DNA from: a virus | UHGV virus genome: UHGV-0121437 | Direction: 5' to 3' (one strand) | Length of the DNA stretch: 13,778 nt | In this document: piece after piece, positions 1-7,690 of the stretch | Numbering within the stretch: the stretch's first letter is position 1 | How the letters are laid out: every line of letters starts with the position of its first letter | Translations under genes and position numbers: made by a program | The notes under the pieces: model-generated | The model's input: only the letters and a program-made list of their open reading frames with translations | What the model was told of the DNA's origin: nothing | Database searches by the model: none

Positions 1-112
1 TTAGTGATTGTCCAGTCCTGCTCGTCTATGACGCGCTTAAAACCTGACACTTTGACCGGCGTTTCCGTGTAAATATCTGCCCGGCCGGTAGCCAGGCTGA
101 TGGAGAACTCTG

Positions 113-541
113 CTAACCGGCACCCGGCAGGGACGCCCAGATATTGCGACAGCGTGAAATGGCGCGCTCAATGCGTCCCGCCCGGATGTCATCCAGTGCA
201 CCGCGTTCGCGGATCAACTGAATGGCGAGTCTGTCCTGCGACAACGGACTGAAATCCGGCAGGGCAAGCTGTTTGCGGTAGTGCGGCCAGAACAGGTAAA
301 GCTGCTGATAGCGACCGGAGGCCGTGGATTTTTCACCGCGACGGTTAAACACCTTCGCCGGTCGGCCATGTGCGAACGGGTGGTCACTGTAGTCGGTGAA
401 GATTTCCGGCTTCCCGTCCAGTCCGGTGACTATCACGTCATAGCCCCGGTTTTTCGTCAGCGGGTGATTCGCCGTCCCTTCGGACACGGCCAGCATGTCG
501 AGAAAGGCAGCGATATTCTGATGCGTGTTAATTACCGGCAT
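113..541 (-). CDS. K: Endolysin (P2 gpK-type lysozyme)
   Basis: 142-aa ORF beginning MPVINTHQNIAAFLDMLAVSEGTANHPL, recognisable as P2 K. Its ATG shares one nucleotide with the Y stop (TAATG on the minus strand at 539-543). Confidence 0.85.
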   Translation of the reverse strand: MPVINTHQNIAAFLDMLAVSEGTANHPLTKNRGYDVIVTGLDGKPEIFTDYSDHPFAHGRPAKVFNRRGEKSTASGRYQQLYLFWPHYRKQLALPDFSPLSQDRLAIQLIRERGALDDIRAGRIERAISRCRNIWASLPGAG

Positions 542-822
542 TACGGTTTCCCCCTGCCCTTAAAACGGCGCTGAATGGCAATCTCAATCACCTGATAACC
601 GGCGATACCCAGCATGGAGCCGATGCCGCACACCGCAGGCAGTGACAGGTCAGGAAACTGCACCAGAACAACACCGGCAACCATCGAGACAAAACCACCG
701 AGCAACATGCGCCCGATAAACAGACGCGGGGTGATGGGTTCACCACCGGCAAGCACCTTGCCGACAACAATCAGCACCCCAATCATGAAAAGCGACAGGA
801 CGCTTTTTTCTTCTGCTGTCAT
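541..822 (-). CDS. Y: Holin (P2 gpY-type)
   Basis: 93-aa ORF, MTAEEKSVLSLFMIGVLIVVGKVLAGG..., hydrophobic membrane segments; lies between X and K as in P2. Confidence 0.85.
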   Translation of the reverse strand: MTAEEKSVLSLFMIGVLIVVGKVLAGGEPITPRLFIGRMLLGGFVSMVAGVVLVQFPDLSLPAVCGIGSMLGIAGYQVIEIAIQRRFKGRGKP

Positions 823-825
823 GCG

Positions 826-1029
826 TTACTCCCACAGATTGACAGTTTCAGCCACGGGTGCGGTCTGAACGTCGGGCAGTTCGACGGCGGTGCCGTGCGG
901 CAACACCGCACCCAGTTCAGCCAGTCCCGGATTTGCGGCGAGCACGGCCTCGACCACGCCCTCAGTGCGCCCGTAATACCGGACACAAATGGCGTCGAGC
1001 GTGTCGCCCTGTAGCGCAAAGGTCTTCAT
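826..1029 (-). CDS. X: Tail protein gpX (small LysM-like protein)
   Basis: The 67-aa product starts MKTFALQGDTLDAICVRYYGRTEGVV and ends TVNLWE. The start ATG (1027-1029) shares a nucleotide with the L stop (TGATG). The longer ORF-track version (826..1098) is an in-frame upstream extension running into L. Confidence 0.8.
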   Translation of the reverse strand: MKTFALQGDTLDAICVRYYGRTEGVVEAVLAANPGLAELGAVLPHGTAVELPDVQTAPVAETVNLWE

Positions 1030-1538
1030 CAGATTTGACTCACGATGCAGCGCGGCTTGTCCTGGATACGCGCCCCCGCCCAGCGCATATCCCGCCACAG
1101 TTCATCAATGGTGCTGTCAATGCTGTCAGCCTTCTTGTCGCCTTTCGCACTGGCATCCACGCCGCGATAACGCTCATAAAGCGACGCGGTCGCCATCGCA
1201 CACACGGCGCGCTCGTAGTAAAAAACTTTGATGCTTTCACCGTCGATATCGTCCGCCGGGACGTCCGCCAGACGCGTAAAACCGGCAGCAATTTTCTGTT
1301 CGCGGTACTCGTACAGCTCCGCATTCGTCTCCGCCATGCCTGACTTGATGGCCTCACGCAGACGGGCGGGGGCGACGGTCTGCTCAAGGCGCATACGTTC
1401 CCGGACGCGCTTCGGGTCGATATTGGGAAAAAAGAACGTGTTTTTAATCACCGGCTCGTCGCCTGCCGGTTGCGGGATGACCACCGTACCCTCACCGGAC
1501 ACGGGAGCCTCCTTTCGCGGAATAATCAGCGTCATCAT
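1029..1538 (-). CDS. L: Head completion/stabilisation protein gpL
   Basis: 169-aa product starting MMTLIIPRKEAPVSGEGTVVIPQPAGDEP. The ATG at 1536-1538 is preceded by GAGG (plus-strand cctc at 1544-1547). The ORF-track start at 1598 is an upstream extension without a ribosome-binding site. Confidence 0.85.
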   Translation of the reverse strand: MMTLIIPRKEAPVSGEGTVVIPQPAGDEPVIKNTFFFPNIDPKRVRERMRLEQTVAPARLREAIKSGMAETNAELYEYREQKIAAGFTRLADVPADDIDGESIKVFYYERAVCAMATASLYERYRGVDASAKGDKKADSIDSTIDELWRDMRWAGARIQDKPRCIVSQI

Positions 1539-1637
1539 GACTACCTCAGAAAAGTCGGGCGGTGGACGCCGGTGCAGTGTCAGGTGATTCACCCTCACTG
1601 ACCGGCGTGCCGCCCTGGCGCGGGGCGCATTCGGTTG

Positions 1638-2381
1638 TTAACTGGCTTTCTTTTTCGGGCGTCCACGTTTTGCCGGTGTCACGCTCCGGGTCTTACGCGG
1701 GGCGCGGGGGGACGCTTTGGGCTGCGGCTCCGGCTTCGGTTTCAGCTCCCGCTCCAGTCGTTCAATCTCTTTTTTGACGCCTGCCTGACAGTCGAGCTGT
1801 GTCGCACGTTGCAGGTGAGCCAGCGCACCGGCGGCATCACCAGCGTCACGCAGAAACAGACCGGTGATTTTGTGCAGCTTTGCGCGCACTTCATCAGGCA
1901 TGTCAGCCGTGGCGGTCAGTTCAAGGGTCTCCGTCAGCAGGCGGGTATCCACAGACTCACCGGCAGCGTGAGCGCGCATGGCCGCAAGCGCTACCTCCTC
2001 GGTGAACATGTACGGCGGGGTACGGCGGTGTTTACCCGGCATGGTCAGACCGTACTTCAGGACATAACGGGCAATCTCCAGCGCACCGGCAATATCGCCG
2101 GTATCCAGACGCCACAGCATGACCGTCATCAGAATGTCATCCTGTGCACCTTTGCCCTGCTCCAGCACGCCGTTCACCCACGGCAACCAGAACGGCAGCA
2201 GTTCGCGTTTTTTCGCGGCCTTCAGCTCTTTTGAATAAATCGCTTTCAGTGTGCGCTGGTCTGCGGCGAGCTTAACCAGCATCTGCTCATAGACAGTTGC
2301 ATGTCGCAGCGGGGCGGCTTCCCGCTGCGCGGTCATCGCTGCCGAGACCCGCATCATGTGGCGCTGTGCGGGACTCGTCAT
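1638..2381 (-). CDS. M: Terminase endonuclease/small subunit gpM
   Basis: 247-aa ORF, MTSPAQRHMMRVSAAMTAQREAAPLRHATVYEQ..., with a basic C-terminal tail (RGRPKKKAS), matching P2 M. GGGAG ribosome-binding site upstream of the ATG. Confidence 0.9.
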   Translation of the reverse strand: MTSPAQRHMMRVSAAMTAQREAAPLRHATVYEQMLVKLAADQRTLKAIYSKELKAAKKRELLPFWLPWVNGVLEQGKGAQDDILMTVMLWRLDTGDIAGALEIARYVLKYGLTMPGKHRRTPPYMFTEEVALAAMRAHAAGESVDTRLLTETLELTATADMPDEVRAKLHKITGLFLRDAGDAAGALAHLQRATQLDCQAGVKKEIERLERELKPKPEPQPKASPRAPRKTRSVTPAKRGRPKKKAS

Positions 2382-2384
2382 CGG

Positions 2385-3458
2385 TTACGCTCCCGGCTCT
2401 GCGGTCGCTTTATCCGGTGTGGAGAAATCACCGACCTTAATTTTTTCCACCAGACAACCGGCGGCGTAGTCCTCCACCACGTAATCAATGTTCATTGACT
2501 CGTAGTTCTCCACGCGGTCGAGTTTCGGGTTTTCCACAATCACGCGGCGATGGCTGTCATCCATGTAGTAGATGGACAGGTTTTCCAGCTTTGTGATGAG
2601 CATCGCATCCGCCGGGAAGTACGGGACGCGTACCGCCGGCAGGTTACCGATGCGTTTCTGGCTGATGATGACGTCAGCGGCCAGCATCTCGCTGTTGTCC
2701 TGCTCTTTGTTAACGATGGGGAAATACTTGTCCGCCAGTAGCTGACGCCCCACAATCACCACAAGGTCAGGGTCTTCCTGATACCACGGCTCAATCAGGT
2801 TGTTGGTCGCATCCATCACCAGTGCATCGAGGCTGGCATAATCACCGCCCTTACCCACGCGGATGACCTCAGAGGTGGTGTGCCCTTCCTCGTCCGTAAC
2901 CTTGCTCATCACGCGCGCCGGGGCTTCATTGCGGTATTTCTGCAGCCAGCCGACCGCCACATCCTGCAGCATCGGATTACTGCTGCGGTCAGAGGTTTCG
3001 GCACGCTTCACGCCGTTAAAACCGGCCATGATGAAATCAAGGGACTGGCGTTTGATAATGGCGTTACGGATACGGAGCTGGAAATCCTGATAACGCGCCC
3101 ACAGGTCCAGCGTTTTGTAGCGGATATAAAAATCGAAGTTAATCTGGTCGCATTCGTACTTGTTTGACGCCAGCTTCGAGAAGTCCTTCGGCTGACGCTC
3201 GGTGCCACCGGCGGTGTCGGTGGTGCTGGCGATGGAGCCGGTGACACCAATACCAATTTTTTCCCCTTTCATTTCGCTGACCGGCACAATGTTGATGCGG
3301 GTCAGAAAGTCAGAGGACTCCTGCATGGTGTTCATCAGGGTCTGGGTGACCGACGGTTCAACGGTGAATTTTTTCGACACATCACCGGCGTCGATGCTGT
3401 TCAGTTCGGCAACACGGGACAGGTAGGCATTAAATTTAAAGCGGGTTTCCTGGCGCAT
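2385..3458 (-). CDS. N: Major capsid protein gpN
   Basis: 357-aa ORF, MRQETRFKFNAYLSRVAELNSIDAGDVSKKFTVEPSVTQ..., matching P2 N. AGGAAAAA ribosome-binding site upstream. Confidence 0.9.
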   Translation of the reverse strand: MRQETRFKFNAYLSRVAELNSIDAGDVSKKFTVEPSVTQTLMNTMQESSDFLTRINIVPVSEMKGEKIGIGVTGSIASTTDTAGGTERQPKDFSKLASNKYECDQINFDFYIRYKTLDLWARYQDFQLRIRNAIIKRQSLDFIMAGFNGVKRAETSDRSSNPMLQDVAVGWLQKYRNEAPARVMSKVTDEEGHTTSEVIRVGKGGDYASLDALVMDATNNLIEPWYQEDPDLVVIVGRQLLADKYFPIVNKEQDNSEMLAADVIISQKRIGNLPAVRVPYFPADAMLITKLENLSIYYMDDSHRRVIVENPKLDRVENYESMNIDYVVEDYAAGCLVEKIKVGDFSTPDKATAEPGA

Positions 3459-3516
3459 AGTTTTTCCTGAAATTAAGGGTTAATCGTGAAGGTTTTCCCG
3501 GACTGACTGACGCCGG

Positions 3517-4074
3517 TCAGCAGTTCGTCATCAGGGCGTCACCGCCACCGCCGGTGGCTTTGCTGCGGCGCTGCTGGGTCAGACTTTCGGTGTGGTCGAG
3601 ACTGTTTTTCAGGCGGGTGAATGCCTGACTGGTTTCATCCGCCCTGTCAGTTACATCCTGCTTAAGTGCCGAAAAGGCGGTTTCCATCTCAGCAAGGCGC
3701 TGCTCAGTGGCGCTCAGTTTTTCCTGCACATGCTCAGCGACAGCGGTCACCGCTTCATGCACGTCATTCAGACGGGCGTCATCGCTGGCCTGTTTGCGGC
3801 CAAAAATGGATTTCACCTTTTCGGTCAGGGCGGTGAACACGGTTTCAGGCAGGTCTTCAAATTCCAGCTCAACAGGCGTTGCCACTGAAATCAGGTTTTC
3901 AGGGCTTAATTTGAAGCGGTTCAGAGGGTTGTGTTTTGCCGTGCGGCAGAATTCCAGGTATTCCGTGCCGAGGCTTGCCGGGTCATCGGTGACGGCCAGA
4001 CCCACCAGATAACATTTGCCTGTATTGGCAAAGTTCGGCTGAATTTCCATTGAGGTACTCGACCGCCGTGACAT
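3517..4074 (-). pseudogene. O: Capsid scaffolding protein gpO, N-terminally truncated fragment (about 100 N-terminal residues missing)
   Basis: 185-aa ORF whose body ([28 protein letters not shown] ... [11 protein letters not shown]) matches the C-terminal two-thirds of P2 O (about 284 aa as I recall). The first codons (MSRRSSTS) are read from the antisense of Q-derived sequence, so the start is fortuitous. Confidence 0.7.
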
Positions 4075-4162
4075 TCTGGATTACGTCGAGTGCATCAGTA
4101 ACGGCAGATGGTATGAGCCACCGGTCAGCTTTACCGGTCTGGCAAAAAGCCTGCGTGCTGCC

Positions 4163-4990
4163 GTGCATCACAGCTCACCGATTTACGTCAAACGTAATAT
4201 TCTGGCCTCGACATTTATCCCGCATCCGTGGCTTTCCCAGCAGGATTTCAGCCGCTTTGTGCTGGATTTTCTGGTGTTCGGTAATGCGTTTCTGGAAAAG
4301 CGTTACAGCACCACCGGTAAGGTCATCAGACTGGAAACCTCACCGGCAAAATATACCCGCCGTGGCGTGGAGGAGGATGTTTACTGGTGGGTGCCGTCCT
4401 TCAACGAGCCGACAGCCTTCACGCCCGGCTCCGTGTTTCACCTGCTGGAGCCGGATATTAATCAGGAGCTGTACGGCCTGCCGGAATATCTCAGCGCCCT
4501 TAACTCTGCCTGGCTGAATGAGTCGGCCACGCTGTTCCGCCGCAAGTATTACGAAAATGGCGCTCATGCCGGATACATCATGTACGTTACCGATGCCGTG
4601 CAGGATCGCAACGATATCGAAATGCTTCGCGAAAACATGGTGAAGTCGAAAGGCCGCAACAACTTTAAAAACCTGTTTCTCTATGCCCCGCAGGGGAAAG
4701 CCGACGGCATTAAAATTATCCCGCTCAGTGAAGTGGCGACGAAGGACGATTTTTTTAATATCAAAAAAGCCAGCGCCGCTGACCTGCTGGACGCGCACCG
4801 CATCCCCTTTCAGTTGATGGGCGGTAAGCCGGAGAACGTCGGGTCGCTGGGTGATATTGAGAAAGTGGCAAAGGTCTTTGTCCGCAATGAGCTTATCCCG
4901 TTACAGGACAGGATTCGGGAAATAAACGGCTGGCTCGGTCAGGAGGTCATCCGCTTTAAAAACTACTCACTGGACACTGACAACAGCTGA
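4163..4990 (+). pseudogene. Q: Portal protein gpQ, 5'-truncated (first conventional start is GTG at 4163)
   Basis: 275-aa ORF, (V)HHSSPIYVKRNILASTFIPHPWLSQQDF ... YSLDTDNS, matching P2 Q (about 344 aa). The frame is open from 4043 and encodes Q-like [25 protein letters not shown] with no ATG/GTG/TTG before 4163; the authentic N-terminus is absent. Confidence 0.75.
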
Positions 4991-4995
4991 ACATC

Positions 4996-5017
4996 GCCGC
5001 CTGCGGGCGGCTTTTTT
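4996..5017 (+). terminator. Intrinsic terminator downstream of Q
   Basis: GCCGCC (4996-5001), loop TGCG, GGCGGC (5006-5011), then TTTTTT (5012-5017), 6 nt after the Q stop. Confidence 0.6.
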
Positions 5018-5158
5018 ACATCCCGTCATCACGCCCTCACACACTCACCACCGCACAAAACAGCCCGCAGGCAAACCAACGCCCAACGGACAGACTAAGC
5101 GCCGTCACGACGCGCTGAGACGCTGAAAAAATAAAATCAGCAACACCGCCAGCGCGCA

Positions 5159-5177
5159 GTGCTTTCCCCGCCTCGCC
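5159..5177. other. cos site (19-nt cohesive-end sequence of P2-type phages)
   Basis: gtgctttccccgcctcgcc is the reverse complement of GGCGAGGCGGGGAAAGCAC, which I recall as the P2 cohesive end. It lies just beyond Q, as expected. Confidence 0.7.
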
Positions 5178-5200
5178 CGCCCGCTTCGTGGGGCGGTTTT
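5177..5200 (+). terminator. Terminator-like hairpin abutting cos
   Basis: CCGCCC (5177-5182), 8-nt loop, GGGCGG (5191-5196), then TTTT (5197-5200). Confidence 0.4.
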
Positions 5201-5227
5201 AATGCAGATGCATGTGAACACTCGAGA

Positions 5228-5257
5228 TTGACTGGATAAGACCTAAGGTGCATTAAT
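5228..5257 (+). promoter_or_regulatory. Candidate sigma70 promoter for the AT-rich cassette
   Basis: TTGACT (5228-5233), 18-bp spacer, then TGcATTAAT (extended -10-like, hexamer 5252-5257), about 60 bp upstream of the first cassette ATG. Prediction by eye only. Confidence 0.35.
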
Positions 5258-5315
5258 TTTTTGTTTTTTTACATGCAGTTTGATGCAAGAACATGCCCTC
5301 TAAAGTCTTGGTTTA

Positions 5316-6365
5316 ATGTGCTACACTTTTATACAAACCTATGATAAAAGCGATAAAAAATCTTCCATTTTGGCGAACATTATGACGGATATTGAAACAG
5401 CTCGATGGAACACAGAAAGTGCCGCTTTGTTGGCACTATCAGAAATACATGGCGTTAGTTATTGGACTCTATATAAAGTTGCTCAAAAGGGAATCAGATT
5501 TAGAGACATTGTTACCAGCCAAACATTAGCCAACTTTGAGTATCTACTTGGAGTAAAACTTCATCGCCAACCTTATTATTTGAATGAAGGCAATTGGTCT
5601 GTTTTTCGGGATAGCATGATTTCTACGGCTAAAATATTACTCACACATTATCATAATAGTGGTTACAAAATCATCCACCATGGTTCTCCGAGCTATCCAG
5701 ACAAGTTGAATGACCTGTCTGAGCCGCCTTTCTGGTTGTTTGCTCAAGGCAATGTATCCTTGCTAGATAAAAAGTGTGTTGGAGTTGTCGGCACCAGAAA
5801 CCCAACCGCACTTGGAATTTATTTAACTCAAGCAGTAATCTCGCAATTTATAGATTCGGATTATTCAACTGTAAGCGGTTTAGCATATGGTATAGATCAA
5901 TCTGCACATGAAGCATCCCTGTTATTTAAAATACCGACAATTGCTGTGTTAGGTACTGGCGTAAACTCAAATTATCCCAAAAATAGTGGCGAGATGAGAG
6001 GCCATATTGTAAATAATGGCGGACTGATTCTTACTGAGTATTTACCAAACCAAAAACCATCACAGGAAAACTTTGTTCGTAGAAATAGAATTCAAGCAGC
6101 TTTAAGTGATGTATTGATCCCAGTTGAATGGGGCCTAAAAAGTGGGACATCTCATACTGTGAGATATGCTGCTCAATTAAAAAGAGCGATACTTTGTCCT
6201 TTACTTAGGGGAACTACACCTCAAGAAGAGATTAAACATGCCTTGTCAGAGTACTCAGCTACGATAATGAATATTCCACTATCCGATTTTAAAGACGTGC
6301 AAAGCTTAATTAAATCAGCATCCGGTGTAAAAACACAGCAACTTTCTCTTCTGGGAGATGAATAA
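5316..6365 (+). CDS. DprA/Smf-like protein (helix-hairpin-helix-like N-terminus plus Rossmann/SLOG-type DprA core)
   Basis: 349-aa ORF in AT-rich DNA. Core motifs resemble the DprA Rossmann domain: VGVVGTRNPTALG, VSGLAYGIDQSAHEASL, TIAVLGTGVNSNYPKNS, FVRRNRIQAALSDVLIPVEWGLKSGTSHTVRYA. The start may instead be the in-frame ATG at 5382; neither has a strong ribosome-binding site. Confidence 0.7.
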   Translation: MCYTFIQTYDKSDKKSSILANIMTDIETARWNTESAALLALSEIHGVSYWTLYKVAQKGIRFRDIVTSQTLANFEYLLGVKLHRQPYYLNEGNWSVFRDSMISTAKILLTHYHNSGYKIIHHGSPSYPDKLNDLSEPPFWLFAQGNVSLLDKKCVGVVGTRNPTALGIYLTQAVISQFIDSDYSTVSGLAYGIDQSAHEASLLFKIPTIAVLGTGVNSNYPKNSGEMRGHIVNNGGLILTEYLPNQKPSQENFVRRNRIQAALSDVLIPVEWGLKSGTSHTVRYAAQLKRAILCPLLRGTTPQEEIKHALSEYSATIMNIPLSDFKDVQSLIKSASGVKTQQLSLLGDE

Positions 6366-7641
6366 TATGTATTTAAAGGCAGTTATATTTTCAATCGCAG
6401 ATGTTGTATTACCATTAACATCTAACACTCAACCTCAGGAACTAAAATCTAGAATCGACTCTGAATTACGTAAGTTGTTTGCGTTTTTGTCATCAAAAGG
6501 GATTAAAGTTATCTTCTTGACAAATAAAAATAGAAACGTGAGAACACATGACGGGATCGTAACACTAGACGAATACCTAAAAAGGAAATTCCCAGAATCA
6601 ATTCACTTTTGCCGTGAACTCGACAACAACATACCAGCAAAACAAACAGGGAAGGCCATAGATTTCATCATGGCTGCGTTAGAATTAAAACGAAACGAAA
6701 TGATCTATGTAGGGCGTTCTCAGGAAGACTTACAAGCAGCTACCAACGGGAATACCCTATTTATTAATGCGACCTGGTATGAACCGGTTACTGAGTACGG
6801 TTTTCAATTTTCAGAACCCAAAGAAATCGCTAGATTTATTGATGTCTTTTGCTTAAGAGAGCAGTTGTGGGGATGGCAAGGGCATTTTAATGAAGATGTT
6901 CACTACTACGCCTTAGCACCATTTAGCACATATGTCCCTGAATTTACAATGTATTCAGCCAATGCAAGAGACCTCGCAAAGCTATCGGTTGGAAGCCCCG
7001 ATTTTTGGATAAGATATCTTGGTGCTAGCATTTATTTCTCTGGCTTAAGTGAAGGAGCAAGTTTTATAACCACCTACGTTGGACATAACGCTGAAGATCC
7101 TTATAAACTAGCAAACATTATGGAGCATGACCTAAAAGGTTTAGCAGTCTCATTCAAAGGAAAGTATCTAAAAGATCTATTCTTACGACATACAACAGCT
7201 ATTAAATCACAGCAAGCTCGGATAGCTAAGCAAGAAGTAAACATCACATCTCAAATAAACACCGTTAATTTAAATCCTGCCCCTATTAAAAACCTCATCA
7301 CCGGCGAAAGATATACCAACCCTCCTAAATTGAAAGGTAAGAAAATATTAGTTATTGATGATTTTTGCACTGAAGGAAATGCTCATGAAACAGCCAGAAT
7401 GTATCTAAAAGCTGCAGGCGCAAATGTAATAAATATATCGTGGTTAAAAACCATCAATCGTGACGTTTCTATCTGTGAACCAACTCGCAAGATACGGCCA
7501 TGGGAGGCCAATACACTTGATGTTGATGACATTAACTATGTCGGTACGATTGGTTATGCTGAAAATGTAACTCACGGTAGTGCACCTCAAGTGTTATCAG
7601 AAAAAATTCAACAATATGATAACTGGGACTGGCCACAATAA
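6358..7641 (+). CDS. Two-domain protein: N-terminal HAD-like fold with degenerate catalytic motifs, C-terminal type I phosphoribosyltransferase (PRTase) domain
   Basis: 427-aa ORF in AT-rich DNA. The C-terminal KKILVIDDFCTEGNAHETARMYLKAAGANVI fits the PRPP-binding loop of type I PRTases (four hydrophobic residues, DD, then T-x-G). The N-terminal KAVIFSIADVVLPL, KVIFLTNKN and MIYVGRSQEDLQAATNGNTLFINATW resemble HAD motifs I, II and IV, but the nucleophile position is not Asp. It overlaps the upstream gene by 8 bp; an alternative ATG at 6367 has GGGAG 9 nt upstream. Confidence 0.65.
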   Translation: MNNMYLKAVIFSIADVVLPLTSNTQPQELKSRIDSELRKLFAFLSSKGIKVIFLTNKNRNVRTHDGIVTLDEYLKRKFPESIHFCRELDNNIPAKQTGKAIDFIMAALELKRNEMIYVGRSQEDLQAATNGNTLFINATWYEPVTEYGFQFSEPKEIARFIDVFCLREQLWGWQGHFNEDVHYYALAPFSTYVPEFTMYSANARDLAKLSVGSPDFWIRYLGASIYFSGLSEGASFITTYVGHNAEDPYKLANIMEHDLKGLAVSFKGKYLKDLFLRHTTAIKSQQARIAKQEVNITSQINTVNLNPAPIKNLITGERYTNPPKLKGKKILVIDDFCTEGNAHETARMYLKAAGANVINISWLKTINRDVSICEPTRKIRPWEANTLDVDDINYVGTIGYAENVTHGSAPQVLSEKIQQYDNWDWPQ

Positions 7642-7654
7642 ATTAATCCCATAA

Positions 7655-7690
7655 TTTAAAGTGCCCCCTAATAATGGGAGGCACTTTAAA
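7655..7690. terminator. Strong hairpin, probable (possibly bidirectional) terminator between the cassette and A
   Basis: Perfect 11-bp stem: tttaaagtgcc (7655-7665) pairs with ggcactttaaa (7680-7690), 14-nt loop, A/T-rich flanks; 14 bp after the PRTase-gene stop. Confidence 0.5.

Noticed and set aside
281-2234. Long ORFs on the opposite strand inside K, Y, X, L and M (e.g. 281..574 +, 614..868 +, 858..1343 +, 989..1231 +, 1228..1587 +, 1635..2234 +)
   Set aside because: They lie entirely antisense or out of frame within recognisable phage genes in GC-rich DNA, where long spurious open frames are common; their products are low-complexity and Arg/Pro/Ser-rich.
4050-4074. The MSRRSSTS start of the O fragment as an authentic initiation site
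   Set aside because: These codons are the antisense of Q-homologous sequence, so the start is created by the deletion junction; the fragment is better treated as a gene remnant.
2301-4517. Overlapping ORFs inside or antisense to N, O and Q (e.g. 2550..2741 +, 2880..3167 +, 3008..3256 -, 3592..3888 +, 3983..4171 -, 4050..4517 +, 4340..4798 -)
   Set aside because: Same reasoning: they are shadow frames of confidently identified genes, with no ribosome-binding sites.
5018-5158. Searched between the Q terminator and cos for old, tin or orf91 homologues or any small ORF
   Set aside because: No ORF of useful length; the region is C/A-rich non-coding DNA typical of cos-flanking sequence. P2 old and tin are absent from this window and replaced by the AT-rich cassette.
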